Positions 11,802 to 23,560 of a stretch of DNA of 64,000 nt are shown piece after piece; the stretch's first letter is position 1; each line of letters starts with the position of its first letter. Source of the DNA: Leucoraja ocellata (taxonomy: Eukaryota); NCBI GenBank assembly GCA_036785375.1, contig JAWMAR010000090.1:1550001-1614000 (forward strand). Direction: 5' to 3'. A model generated the notes under the pieces. The model had not been told where the DNA came from and did not search any database. It saw only the letters and a program-made list of their open reading frames with translations. Made by a program: the position numbers and the translations under genes.

Positions 11802-12024
11802 TGTAGCGGGTGCGTGAGAGAGCCCGGAATGAATGCGAGGAGCCAGGCAAATTCTGTAAAGGCTTTAATGAGCACAGCACTACTCTCCGCTTCAGTGAGA
11901 GACTGAAGACTGGTCTCGCACCAAAAATCCCTGCTCTTATCTTCGTAGCTGTGACCCCCCCCCCCCCGGACCAGTCCACCAAGTGCCGAGGGGGATGAAC
12001 CAGGCAGTAGCCTAAACCGCCACA
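11802..12024 (-). mobile_element. Solo LTR (223 bp), Gypsy/ERV-type
   Basis: TGTAGCGG...CCGCCACA inverted termini (TG..CA), 4-bp TSD TCCT at 11798-801 and 12025-28, and ATTAAA on the minus strand at 11864-69. Confidence 0.8.
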
Positions 12025-13051
12025 TCCTTGTGACACCAACTTAAGTGAAATGAGTGAATATTTTCTGTGTGAGAAACTCCTCTCTGATTGTCTCCTAATA
12101 TATTTGGCTATTTGATGCAATTATTGCCAGTAACTCTTTAAAATGTGCTGTACAAATCATCCATATGGGGAAAATACAGGTGTGTTGTGGTGAGTTGTGC
12201 CAGAAAGTGCCTCCTCCAATCTTCCAATGCTTCCATACTTTCACCATAAATCATGTGCAAACACCATAAAACATATCCAAGTATTTGGAGGAAACAGGGA
12301 ACTGCTCCTGGAGTTCGTCCAACACTTCATGTCCAAATAGTTTGAGGCCATTCGTGCTTACAAAAATCAAATGTCATTATTTTTTTAATTTGATTTTAGT
12401 CGGACGTATCTTAGAATGGAGGTTTTTGACAGCAATGAAAGCTGCCAAAATGTTAGTGGCCATAATACATTTGGTATGCACTCATAAGGTGCAACGTTTG
12501 CCTGGAATGTGAATACACTTAAAAAATAATTTATTTATCATATTTTCTTTGCAGTTTGGAGATCTGTGAAACAATATATGAACACAAAGTCTTCTTCTTC
12601 AATATGAAATCCAGTGCGAGCTATATATTGAATGTTGTTGTTGGTTGAATAGCTGATAAAAGTGTTTACTTTTTTTAATATAAAAGAGCTGTTACAGAGT
12701 AACTTTGTTTTATGTTAAAATAGTCATAAAGTACCATTGGCATTCCGTGGAATAGACTTTGTATTAAAAATGTAAACTTTACTGTATGTGTAATATTCTG
12801 ATCATTATTCCTTCCCATGATAACATCCACTGTTATTTCATGCTAGATGTTTTTATATCTTTAAGGTAAATCTATAGGATAAATAGTAGTTTCAATCGCA
12901 AAATATAGAAGCTCCTAACTTTAAACAACGTATTCAGTTTTGTAAATGTGAAATAGATCTAACTCCTGTACCCCAAAATGCTTATGGCCATCGACCCGTG
13001 AGAAATAATATACCGATTCTTCTTCCTCCTCTTAGCACTCTGTGAAAGAAT

Positions 13052-13241
13052 ATGGATCAACAGCCAACTCCTACCATCTTACTAAGTGTGATGGAGGATA
13101 TGCAAGTGTCTGAATTGGAGGATTCAGTTATACAGAGCTTAATAACCCCGAGCCCTCGAAGTGAAATGGTTGCCCACGAGTTGCAAGAGCTTACACTGCA
13201 GACAAATCCACGCTTACCGCCTCTGAATGAGCGGAAAAACG
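13052..13241 (+). CDS. MRTFB: MRTF-B (MKL2) first coding exon, long N-terminal isoform; exon spans 13036-13241
   Basis: Pyrimidine tract plus TAG acceptor ending at 13035. In-frame TGA at 13043-45 precedes ATG 13052. Encodes MDQQ...PSPRSEMVAHELQELTLQTNPRLPPLNERKN, matching recalled MRTF-B PSPQSEAVAHEFQELSLQ..LPPLNERKN. Phase-1 donor G|GTGAGT at 13241/13242. Confidence 0.93.
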
Positions 13242-13667
13242 GTGAGTACTACTCAGGGCCAACTAATTACCATTACCTCCATTTGGAAGGGGCAATATAA
13301 GATTGAAAGAATCTTCATGGAGATTTGAGATCAGTAGAATAATTAAAACTGATTGTGCTATTACGTTAGTTTCTGTAACAGATGGGAGTTTATCATTTGT
13401 GTTCTTTGCCACATTTGGTTGGATCAAAATGAGGTGAAATGTTAGCCAAAGTTAATTCTCTACATCCTTCCCGTTGGTGCAGCACTCAACGCTCAACTTC
13501 TGAAATTACTCTGCATATAAATGTCATGTAAATTGCCATGCTGGACAAAGGGGAAAAAGAAACATCATTTTGTTACTACTGTGATTTGCTGCTAAACTCT
13601 GCATAGTTTATATGTGGGCAAGAGGCATGTTAGACCCACTCCTCTTCAAGCTCTCAGTTCTGTTTCA

Positions 13668-14130
13668 TAGGTTATAGAAGCAGAATAAGGCCAATCGGTC
13701 CATCAAGTCTACTCTGCCATTCAATCATGGCTGATCTTTCTTTCCTTCTCAACCTCATTCTCCTGTCTGCTCCCCATGACACCTGTACTAATCAAGAATT
13801 TATCAATCGCTGCCTTAAAAATATCAATTGACTTGCCTCCACAGCCTTTTGTGGCAATGAATTTCACAGATTCACCACTTTCTGACTAAACAAATTCCTC
13901 CTCATCTCCTTTCTAAAGGTACATCATTTTATTCTGAGGCTATGGCCTCTGGTCCTAGACTCGCTCACTCGTGGAAACGCTCTCTCCACATCCACTCCCT
14001 CAGGCCTATCACCATTCAGTCATTTTCAGTGAGCGCCCCCTCATCCTTCTAAACTCAAGCGTGTACAGGAGCCATCAAATGCTCATCATATGTTAACCTA
14101 ATCACCCCTGGGAACACCCTCGCATCCTCT
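13668..14130 (-). mobile_element. CR1 3' fragment
   Basis: Reverse complement of a CR1 tail (GCCATTCAATCATGGCTGATC) and ORF2 C-terminus. Confidence 0.8.
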
Positions 14131-14237
14131 TTTGCAGCCTCAGGTGTGGCACCTTATCAAACTTTAGTGAAGTTTAAGCTGACATTATTTAAACATCATC
14201 TTGTTCTTTTGTAGTCATATTGACCAAACTTTTACAG

Positions 14238-14617
14238 TTATTATATAAAACTTTGTGTGTGTTTGTGTGTGTGTGTGTTTGTGTGTTTGCCTTTAACCCC
14301 CCCCTTCTCTCCCCATGCCCTCTCTCCCCCTCCTCTCTCTCCCCTTCCACTCTCTGTCCATCTCCACCCTCTCCCTTCCCCCTCCCCTCCACTCACCTCT
14401 CTCCCCACTCTCTCCCCCCTTCTCTCACTCCCTCTCTCCCCCTCCCCCTCTCCCACTCCCCCTCTCCCCTCCACCCCCCCCCCCCTTCTCACCTCCCTCC
14501 ACCTCCTGTGTGTGTGAGGTGTGATTAGTGTGTGTGTGTGACGCCGCAGGCATCCCCCGCAACTGTGCATTGAGGGGATGGAACCCAACGTGTCCCCCTT
14601 GATCTAGTCTGATCTAG
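14238..14617 (+). mobile_element. Non-autonomous Helitron with pyrimidine-rich core (5' boundary uncertain)
   Basis: Ends in a degenerate hairpin plus CTAG (14604-07, duplicated at 14614-17), joined to the TATTACTAAAAG start of the next element. Confidence 0.6.
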
Positions 14618-15319
14618 TATTACTAAAAGTCTGATCATGACCGCTTTTGGCCCACTGTGCTGCGATTTCCGAGAGAACGCCGCCACCTATGGCCGTCATT
14701 TTTGGCCACCTAGCTCAGAGCCCCCCTCCGCCTTCCTAGACCCGAGGATTTTTCCCATCGATGAAAAATCAGAAAGATATTAATGTTTTTTTTTTAAATT
14801 CCCTATTCTCTCTGCTGCCCCCGCTGGTGGCAGGGGGCAGGGACTATAAACCCCGGAAGTGTAGTCCCTCACTCAGTCTCTGCCAGACCCAGGAAGCGAG
14901 AGGGTCACGGCTCTCTGAGCTGCGAATAACACTGAACGCACGTCTACTCCACGGTGAGTCCCCTCGATGCAGCTGTAAAGTGGCTGCTGCCCAAATGTTT
15001 GCCTCGCCTTTTTAAAAAGTTTGTGTTCACAAAATGAATTTTGGTTGTCGGGTGGCTGCTGCCCAATTGTTTGCCTTGGCTTGGCTAAAAATGATGCAAC
15101 AGTTGGCTGCCAGCCCAAGAATCCATTCGGCCCACAATGTTAATACTAGCCCTCTGGAAACCAGTACCTTCGGCCAGCAACACCCATACTAGCGCAACAG
15201 AAAGCCCCCCTCCCCCCCCACTGGCAAGCAATATTGGAATAGGTGGAGAGGTGGAATATTGCGTTGGTGACCAGCCCTCCCATGCAATGCTGGGACCCAG
15301 CGGGTCCCACTTAGTCTAG
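14618..15319 (+). mobile_element. Non-autonomous Helitron
   Basis: 5' TATTACTAAAAGTCTGATC matches the reverse complement of 19195-19212. 3' hairpin GGGACCC-agc-GGGTCCC at 15292-15308, then CTAG|T at 15316-20. Confidence 0.88.
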
Positions 15320-15329
15320 TATAGTATAG

Positions 15330-15815
15330 AAGTGTACCCTTTCAGCCCACCACCACCATGCCAACCTTATTGCCACCTACAGTAATCCCACACGAGGTCT
15401 GTATCCTTTTATGCCTACCCTATTCAAATGCTTGTTTAAATATCTCTCAAAGATAATGATTGTAGCCGACTCTTACCACTTCTGGCAGTGAGTTCCAGAT
15501 GGTAATCACACTCCTCTATTCTCGCCAACACAACCACATCCTTCCCATAATGCGATAACCAGATATGCATCCAATTGTCAAAAGTACAATCTGATCAGTG
15601 TTTTGTTAAGTTGCAACATAACGTCCCAACTATGCTAGACCAATGGAGGCAAGCATGCCCAAGTTGTCACTTTCAGAGAACTATGGACTTGAATCCCAAG
15701 GTCCTTCTGCTCACCAATATTCCTGGGCACCCTACATTTACCATAGATAACCTCCCCTATTTGACTCCCCAAAATGCATTACCTTGTACTTGTGGGGAGT
15801 AATTTCCATCTGCCC
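15330..15815 (-). mobile_element. Old CR1 fragment
   Basis: Degenerate reverse-complement CR1 3' region. Confidence 0.55.
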
Positions 15816-17468
15816 ATCTAAGGAAAAGGGAAGATATCAATGTGAAAGATGCTATCATCAGAAAAAAATCAATGTGGAGCTTGAGAAACTGGGGAAAAGG
15901 AATGGATTTTTTTTACAGGGGACAGGGCGGGAGGAGTGGTTGTCAGGATAGCTGTAGGATTTGTGATAATGACAGATTAGCAACCAATCCTCTTGAGATG
16001 TAGATATTTTTTGCCAAAAGGTTACCCTATATTTGTTTAGGTCATTGTTACTGATGTGTTACAAAAATATAGTGATCACATTACCAACTTTGGAATGCTG
16101 AGCTATTGCCAGTATCACTTGAGTGGAGAGCTTGTCTTGTGAAATTTAGATGACCTATCACTTTTTATTGTTCTGCAGTAAAAAGAATGGTTCTCTCCAG
16201 AGAAATCAGATTCTTATGTCGATGTTGTACAACTTCTGAATCATCATTAGGTTGTAGTCAAGTGGTGAATAGTTGATTTATTATTAAAAGGAGTGATCAA
16301 TAAGAAATACATTTTACATCTTGCACTCCACATGTAAATAGCATTTTAATTTTGGTTTAAAAGCATTACAAATTTTGATGTAAGTTGCTTCTTCAGAAAT
16401 AAAAAGACTTAATCGATGCAAATAACTTTGTAAACTGTCATTGTTGCTACAATAAATGCCATTTGAATTCCAATTGGGAACTTTTTGTTTAACAATTGAT
16501 AGCTGGATTTTTTTTAAAACGTAGAAACAAATCTGAATTATAATTATCTAATGTTGCCAGTTTTCAGTTGTGCTATATTACTTAATCTGTGGGGTAAACA
16601 ATTTGTAAAACAAATGCTAAAAATCAATTGCAATTAATTTGAAGACAAGAGATGGATTGACTTTACTGAAATATTTTTCCCACAGTTTTCAAACCAATTG
16701 GGATATGACGTGATGTGTTGGTGAAATGTAATTGGAAAAATGGGCCCACACATTCCACTGAACCCATTTCTGTTAAAAAGAAATGAAGTAATTCAGAAAC
16801 CCCCCCCCTCCGAGTCATGTTGTAATTGTGGAATTATGTCGTCTTAGCATGGGTTTAATTTGAAAGTTGCAACATGGCAGATTCCGCAGAGCCATCTGTG
16901 ACTGAATTTTGTAAAAATATAAGTGAAAAGACTAAAAGAACGGACTTCTTGTTATTATTCATTGGCTTGGTATTTGACATGACTGATATGTCTAATAGCT
17001 GTTGAGAATGTTTTCTGTATATTAGAATAGATTGCTTTGGACATTGACAGTCTGTTTATTTATAGTAAAAGCAAAAACTGGAAAATAGATTCACTGGATC
17101 CTCTTGAGACCCCTCTCTAAGGAGAAAGGGCAAAGTTGAGAATTCACTTGTAAAGGACTCCAACTGAGCTATAACGGCAATAACTTTCTCTTTTGGATTG
17201 CTTCTTCCAATGGCATTGCCTAATGTTTGATTACTTTCCCAAGGAAATAAAGTGCACAATTTATCTTGACTGTGGTAATTCAACGGGTAGAGATGACGTT
17301 TCCCCAAGGAGACCAATTCAAATGTTCATTTTCTGTTAGCAATAACTATTATTTATTTGATCCATTTGTGTCATTGTCTCCCAATTCTATGAGGCTCCGC
17401 CAAAGGCAAATGTATTGTCAATAGCACTATTGGGGGAGTGCAAAATCAAGCATTCAGTTTGGTAAGTA

Positions 17469-18046
17469 CTAGACTAAGTGGGACCCCATGGGAGTCACAT
17501 GGGAGGCCTGGTCTCCCAACACAACCCATTCCGCAACGCAATATTCCACCACTCATCCGTTCCCCCAACGCAACCTGTCCCCGCAACACAATATTCCAGA
17601 GTCTCCGCTTTCCGTTTGGCGACATCTCCGACAGGGCTGGGTCTCCTACTCTGGGCTGGGCTGGGGTCTCCCATGCTGGGCTGGGTTGGGTCTCTGAAAC
17701 TGGAGGCTGCTTGGGGCTGGGCTGCTTCAGGTCCCTCCCAAAATTGTGTCCGGTTGGAAACCTCCACCGGCCATCCTCAGCTCCAGTAAAGGCACAATGG
17801 CGCAGGAAGGGGCAGACCATCCCGGGGAGTGACAGGGGAAGAGATTTATCCGCGCGGCGCTGACGGCAGGAGAAAAGATCGATTTGCGCATGTGCGGTTT
17901 TTAAGATTTTTAAACCTCGCTAACTTTTACGACATTCAACCGATCGGAACTAAATTTGGTACACTCGCAGCACAGGAGAACCGTGTTTGCGCAGATAGAA
18001 AGACCGCCAAACCGGAAGATAACAAGATCAGAGTTTTAGTTATATA
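17469..18046 (-). mobile_element. Non-autonomous Helitron (outer element)
   Basis: A|CTAG terminus at 17468-72. 5' end reads TATATAACTAAAACTCTGATC on the minus strand; its first four bases TCTA are displaced to 19217-20. Confidence 0.82.
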
Positions 18047-19216
18047 CTAGACCAAGTGCAGACCCGTTGGGTCTGTTCCCCCAATGTGTGATTTGGTGGG
18101 GGGGTGGGGAGGTGGCATGCAGCGTCACACACACTAACTATCCCGCCCCCCCGTACACACCCTAATTATCCCCCTTGATATTATATTAATATTATTAATT
18201 TGCTCCTTTTACCCCATAACCTCCCTATCTACTGATGCATAGCCCCCAACTTGCAGTCGCATCTAGAGAGAGGGGGCGGGGGTAGAGAGTGAGGGCAGAG
18301 AGAGAAGGGGCAGAGACAGAGAAAGAGGGAAAGAGGGAGAGGGGGGTGGAGGGGAGGAGAAGAGGGAGGGTGGGTGAGGGGGAAAGGTGGGGGAGGAGGG
18401 GAGAGAAAGAGGGGGTGAGAGTGAGGGGGGTGAGGGGAGGTGGGAGAGGTGGGGAGCAGGGAGGGTGGGGAAAGGGGTGGAGGGAAGGAAGTAGCGGGGT
18501 GTGGAGGGAGGGTGGGGGGAGAGAAAGAGGGGAGAGAGAGGGGGAGGAAGAGTGGGGGAGGGGAGAGAGGGGGGAGAGAGTGGGGAGGGAGAGAGATATG
18601 TGAGAAAGGGGGGAGGGGGAGAGGGGGCGGAGAGAAGGGGAGAGGGGGGGAGAGAGGGGGAGAGAGAGAGAGTGGGGAGAGAGAGGGGGGGTGACAGAGG
18701 GGGGGGGAGAGGGGGGGGGGAGAGAGAGAGAGAGAGTGCCTTTTTACTTCAACCTAAAGCCCCCAAACAATCATTTGCAGTAGTGCATTTTAACTTCAAG
18801 CGAAAGCACCCAAACAACCATTTGCAGGCAGTGTCTTTTTACTTCAAACCAACAATATTTTCATTTTCGAACCACATTAAGGGCACTCACAGTTTAGTAG
18901 ACATGTGTTCAGTGTTATTCAGAGCTCAGAGAGACGTGACCTCCAACTTGCAGAGACTGAGTGAGGCACACCACTTCCTGGTTTTATAGTCCCTCCTCCT
19001 TCCTCCAGCTGGGGCAGCAGAGAGAACGATGATTTTTAAAAAAACATTAATATCTCTCTGATTTTTCATCTATGGGAAAAATCCTCTGGTCCAGGAAGGC
19101 GGACGTGGGCTCTTAGCGAGGTGGCCAAAAATGACGTCCGTAGGTTTCGGCGTTCTGTCGGAAATCGCAGCACAGTGGGCCAAAAGCGGTCAAGATCAGA
19201 CTTTTAGTAATATAGA
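18047..19216 (-). mobile_element. Non-autonomous Helitron (inner element) with long purine tract
   Basis: 5' TCTATATTACTAAAAGTCTGATC on the minus strand from 19216; 3' hairpin CAGACCC-gtt-GGGTCTG and CTAG at 18047-50; inserted between A and T. Confidence 0.88.
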
Positions 19217-20761
19217 TAGATAGAAGATAGATAGATTTAATAGTAAGCTAGAATTTTAACTAAGATAAAATGAGTCTGTCAGTAACATCTAGCAAATAAA
19301 CGTTTAAGTTAGTGGAGTGAAGCTCTATCTCTGGATAACCTTGCATATATCCAATGTACCTATCGATAATGGCTCCTCCACATGTGGCTGTTTTATTCCT
19401 CAAAGACATTTATAGTCATGTGCAGCTATCTTTTGCATTTAAGGTTCACGTAAATGGGTGTCCAAAATTCAACTGGCCCTGGGCATCATGAAGGAAAATC
19501 ATCTTATTTTTGTTTTCCATGGATTTGCAGTAGCCTGTTGCGATGTCCAAGGAAAGTTTTGAAATTGAAGAGGTTGACTCGTACATTGGTGTGCCCTTTC
19601 TTCCCTGCTACTATTGCATGAAAAAGCAGATCACTATATCCCTGCTCTTGTAAGTGGTGTGAATTTGAGCTTGCCATTTAAGCCGAGCAATCACTTACTC
19701 ATTCTACAAAGAATATAAAATGTATTAAAAGTAAATGCTTTGATTTCACTCCATGTTTGCTCTCTGTATTCGCTGCAGATAAACCAGAATGTCATTAGTC
19801 AAGGACCTGGTAATGAAAAGGGATTGGAAGAACGTGCTTTTAAGAAAAATTGTTTATTTTCATACCTTTATGGTGTCAGATTTCCCAGCAACTCAATGTT
19901 AGAGCGGTGGTTTTGTTTCCACTGTATAGCTTAGTCATTTGGGAACATGATGATAACCCAAGAAGCAATATCTGATAGTTGTTTCTTTCTGCCTCTTGCT
20001 TCTACTCAGCGTGCAACTGATAAATTAATTAAAACCTAACAATCATTAAGAATAGGAAGCTATCTGACCATCGGCTGAGGCTGGTGTTTAAGTCATCCCA
20101 ATATTGAATGTAAGATAGTCACAAAATGCTGGAGTAACTCAGCGGGACAGGCAGCATATCTGGATAGACAAAATGGGTGACCCTTCTTCAGTATTGACAA
20201 TGTTTCAATATTCTCCAATATTCAATATTGAATGTGTTGTCTTTGCATATTTACCAGAGTATTACAATAAGCTTGAAAAACAAATTATCTTCAGAAAATG
20301 TAATTTGGTTCCCAACAATTTGAATGTTAACGAAGGCTTACCTTTACAGCTGTTTTTCTCCTGGTTTATTATCCTTGATAATATTATAGAATTATGGCCA
20401 AACTTGGATTGTTTTCTCTGGAGCATTGGAGGCTGAGGGAAAACCTAATGGACTTTCATAACATTTTGAGACCTTAGATGGAGTAGGTAGTCAATTTTTG
20501 TTTCCCGGAGTGGAAGTGTAAAATATAAGCACACATAGTTGTAAGGTAGGATGGAGAAAGTTTAAAGGAAATGTAGTGTTTTTTAACACAGTGCCTGGAA
20601 TGTGCTGCGAGATGTAGTAAGCTCCCAGAGTGTTGCCGTGGCCACAAAACTCCAATAAGCAGCAAGCCCGGCTCACCCGCCACAGGACTGGAGGAGCCTG
20701 CCTGGAGTGGGGGGAGGGGGAGGGGAGGATAAATAGGTGCCAGTCCAGGTGGGGAACCTGG

Positions 20762-21065
20762 GCCGGAGCAGTGGTAGAGTTGCTGCCTTACAGCGCTTGT
20801 AGCGCCGGGAGACCCGGGTTCGATTCTGACGGAGTTTGTACGTTCTCCTCGTGATCGCGTGGGTTTTCTCCAAGATCTTCGGTTTCCTCCCGGCACTCCA
20901 AGACGTTCAGGTATGTAATTAAATTGGCTTGGTAAATATTAAACATTGTCCCTAGTGTGCGTGTATGTGTGTGTGTGTGTTGGATACGGGGATCGCTGGT
21001 CGGCGTGGATCCGGTGAGCCAAAGGGCCTGTTTCCGTGCAGTATCTCTAAACTAAACTAAACTAA
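20762..21065 (+). mobile_element. HE1-type V-SINE
   Basis: tRNA-like head (GGTTCGATTC B box), V-domain GAGTTTGTACGTTCTC..GGTTTCCTCCC, CR1-type tail and (CTAAA)n. Confidence 0.88.
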
Positions 21066-21473
21066 AATAAATTGGAGAATTCAATGTTTATACATTTGGG
21101 TAAACTTCACATGTTTAAGGTAGAGGCCAGGAGATTTAGATGGGATTAATGGAAGGAATCTTTCACTCCAGAAGATGGTTGAAATCTTAAACACTGGCGG
21201 AGGGGACAGTGGAGGTAGGTTATTCTCATCACATTTTTAGAAGAGCAGAGAATGTTATGGACTAAGTTATGGAAAATGAGATTTGTATGAATAAGTAATT
21301 GTGACAGGCACAGATATAAAGGGCATAATGACTCCCTCACTCTCAGGCCTACATCTGATCTCAACAGCCACATCACCTATAGCCTATCCCAGAAATTCTG
21401 TGCATCTCCCAGAATCCCAGGAGAATATGCATTTCCTTTGCCCGTGTTGAAATCTCCTGCCAGGCCCTGAAGA

Positions 21474-22055
21474 ATAGAAACATAGAAACATAGAAAATAG
21501 GTGCAGGAGGAGGCCATTCGGCCCTTCGAGCCAGCACCGCCATTCATTGTGATCATGGCTGATCGTCCCCAATCAATAACCCGTGCCTGCCTTCTCCCCA
21601 TATCCCTTGACTCCACTAGACCCTAGAGCTCTATCTAACTCTCTCTTAAATCCATCCAGTGACTTGGCCTCCACTGCCCTCTGTGGCAGGGAATTCCACA
21701 AATTCACAACTCTCTGGATGAATGGTGATTTCATTCAGGAAGTCAATGTTTCAGACATGATACAAAGGGAGATTTAGGAACAAGGACGTCCTACTGCAGT
21801 TGTACAGGGCCCTGGTGAGACCGCACCTGAAGTATTGTCTGCAATTTTGGTCTCCTAATTTGAGGAAGGACATTATTGCTATTGAGCGAGTGTGGCGTAG
21901 GTTCATCAGGTTAATTCCTGGAATGGAGGGACTGACGTATGATGAAAGAATGGGTCGACTGGGCTTGTATTCACTGGAATTTAGAAGGATGAGAGGGGTT
22001 CTTATAGAAGCATATAAAATTCTTAAAGGATTGGACATGCTAGATGCAGGAAAAA
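21474..22055 (-). mobile_element. CR1 insertion with inverted 5' segment
   Basis: Minus-strand 3' tail at 21474-21718 adjoining a plus-strand ORF2 piece at 21772-22055 of the same subfamily (compare 36626-37412). Confidence 0.75.
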
Positions 22056-22084
22056 GGTGGGACCATTCAATACTAAAGGAGGGA

Positions 22085-23345
22085 ATTTATGCTTAGATGA
22101 TGTAGATGAGTACTTTGCATCTATAATCACCAAGGAGGCGGATGTGGAGGACAGTGGGATCATTGTAGGGAATACTAATATGCTAGGAGAGTCTGAGGTT
22201 AAGAAAGAGTGGTGTTAGAGCTCTTGAAGTGCATTAAAATGGATATGCCCTAGGGATGAATTAGATTATCACAGATAATTGAAGGAGTCTAGAAAAGAGA
22301 TAGCAAGAGCCTTACAAAGATCTTTGCATCTACTATAGCCACAGTCAAGTCCCAGAGGACTGGAGAGTAGCCAATGTTGCTCCTTTGTTTCAGAAGAGAA
22401 GTAAATATAATCCAGGAAATTGTAGACACTAGGAACTGCAGATGCCGGTTTGCTGGAGTAACTCAGCGGGTCGGGCAGCATCGCTGGAAGACATGGATAG
22501 GTGACGTTTCGGTCTAATTGTACTAGGAAGCAAGAAAGTTGAGTAAAGTGTTGAGTTTTGAGGAGGTGATCGATGAGACTAAGCAATGGGTGTTGCCTAC
22601 ATGGTCGTTGGTGAGGCATTTGACGAAAGTCTCTCATGGTAGACTGATCCAGAAGATTAAGATTCATGGCATCCACGGCGACTTGTTTGTTTGCATTCAG
22701 AGGGTTGTTTTATTCTGGCTGCTGGTTAACTTGGACATTAATGCAGATAGCTCGCTAATTGGTTTGTGGACAACACAAAAACTGGTAGAGTTGCGGACAG
22801 TGAGGAAGACTGTCAAAGTGTACAACAGGATATTGATCAGCTACAGAAATGGGTAGAGAAATGGTGGATGGAGTTTAATCTGAGCAAGTGTAGATGTTGG
22901 GAGATCAAATGTAAGTAGAAAGTATACAGTTAATGCAGAACACTTAATAGTATTGATGTATAGGGGGATATTGAGGTCCAAGTCCGTAGATCCCTGAAAG
23001 TGACATCACAAGTAGATAAAGTTGTAAAGAAGGGGTATGGTATGCTTGCCTTCGTTGATCAGGGCGTTGAGTATAAGTGCCGGTTACAGCTTTATAGTAC
23101 TTGTTTAGGCAGCATTTGGAATATTATGCGCAGTTCTGGTCGACCCATTACAGAAGGATGTGGAGGCTTGGACAAAGCGCAGAGCAGATTTACCAGGTGA
23201 TTTCTGGATTAAAGAATATTAGCCATAAAGAGAGGTTAGATTAAATGATCAAACTTCTATTGTTTTCTCTGAATCGTCGGAAGTTGAGGTGAGACCTGAT
23301 AGAGGTATATAAAATTATGAGAGGAATAGATGGGTAGACAGTTAG
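22085..23345 (+). mobile_element. Degenerate CR1 ORF2 fragments with a Penelope-type insert at ~22425-22515
   Basis: KVSHGRLIQKIKIHGI and QVDKVVKKGYGML remnants. Confidence 0.75.
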
Positions 23346-23560
23346 ATCCTGACATGCTCCACTTTGGCAGGGACAGCAGGTGAGAGGGGAGGGAGTCCCA
23401 TGGTAACCGTGCTTAGTTTTAAAGTGAAACGACATAAAATGCTGGAGTAGCTCAGCAGACTGAATCAGTCTGAGGAAGGCTCCCGAAGTCACCTATCTAT
23501 GCATTCTAGAGATCCTGACCCGCAGAATTAATCCAGCACTTTGTGTCCTTTTGTGTATTA

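Noticed and set aside
13242-13300. ORF-track extension GEYYSGPT...GAI
   Set aside because: Read-through into the intron past the GTGAGT donor; MRTF similarity ends at RKN.
14189-14588. Cluster of Pro/Ser/Gly/Glu-rich ORFs (also 18289-18989 and 59170-59458)
   Set aside because: Translations of purine/pyrimidine simple sequence inside Helitrons.
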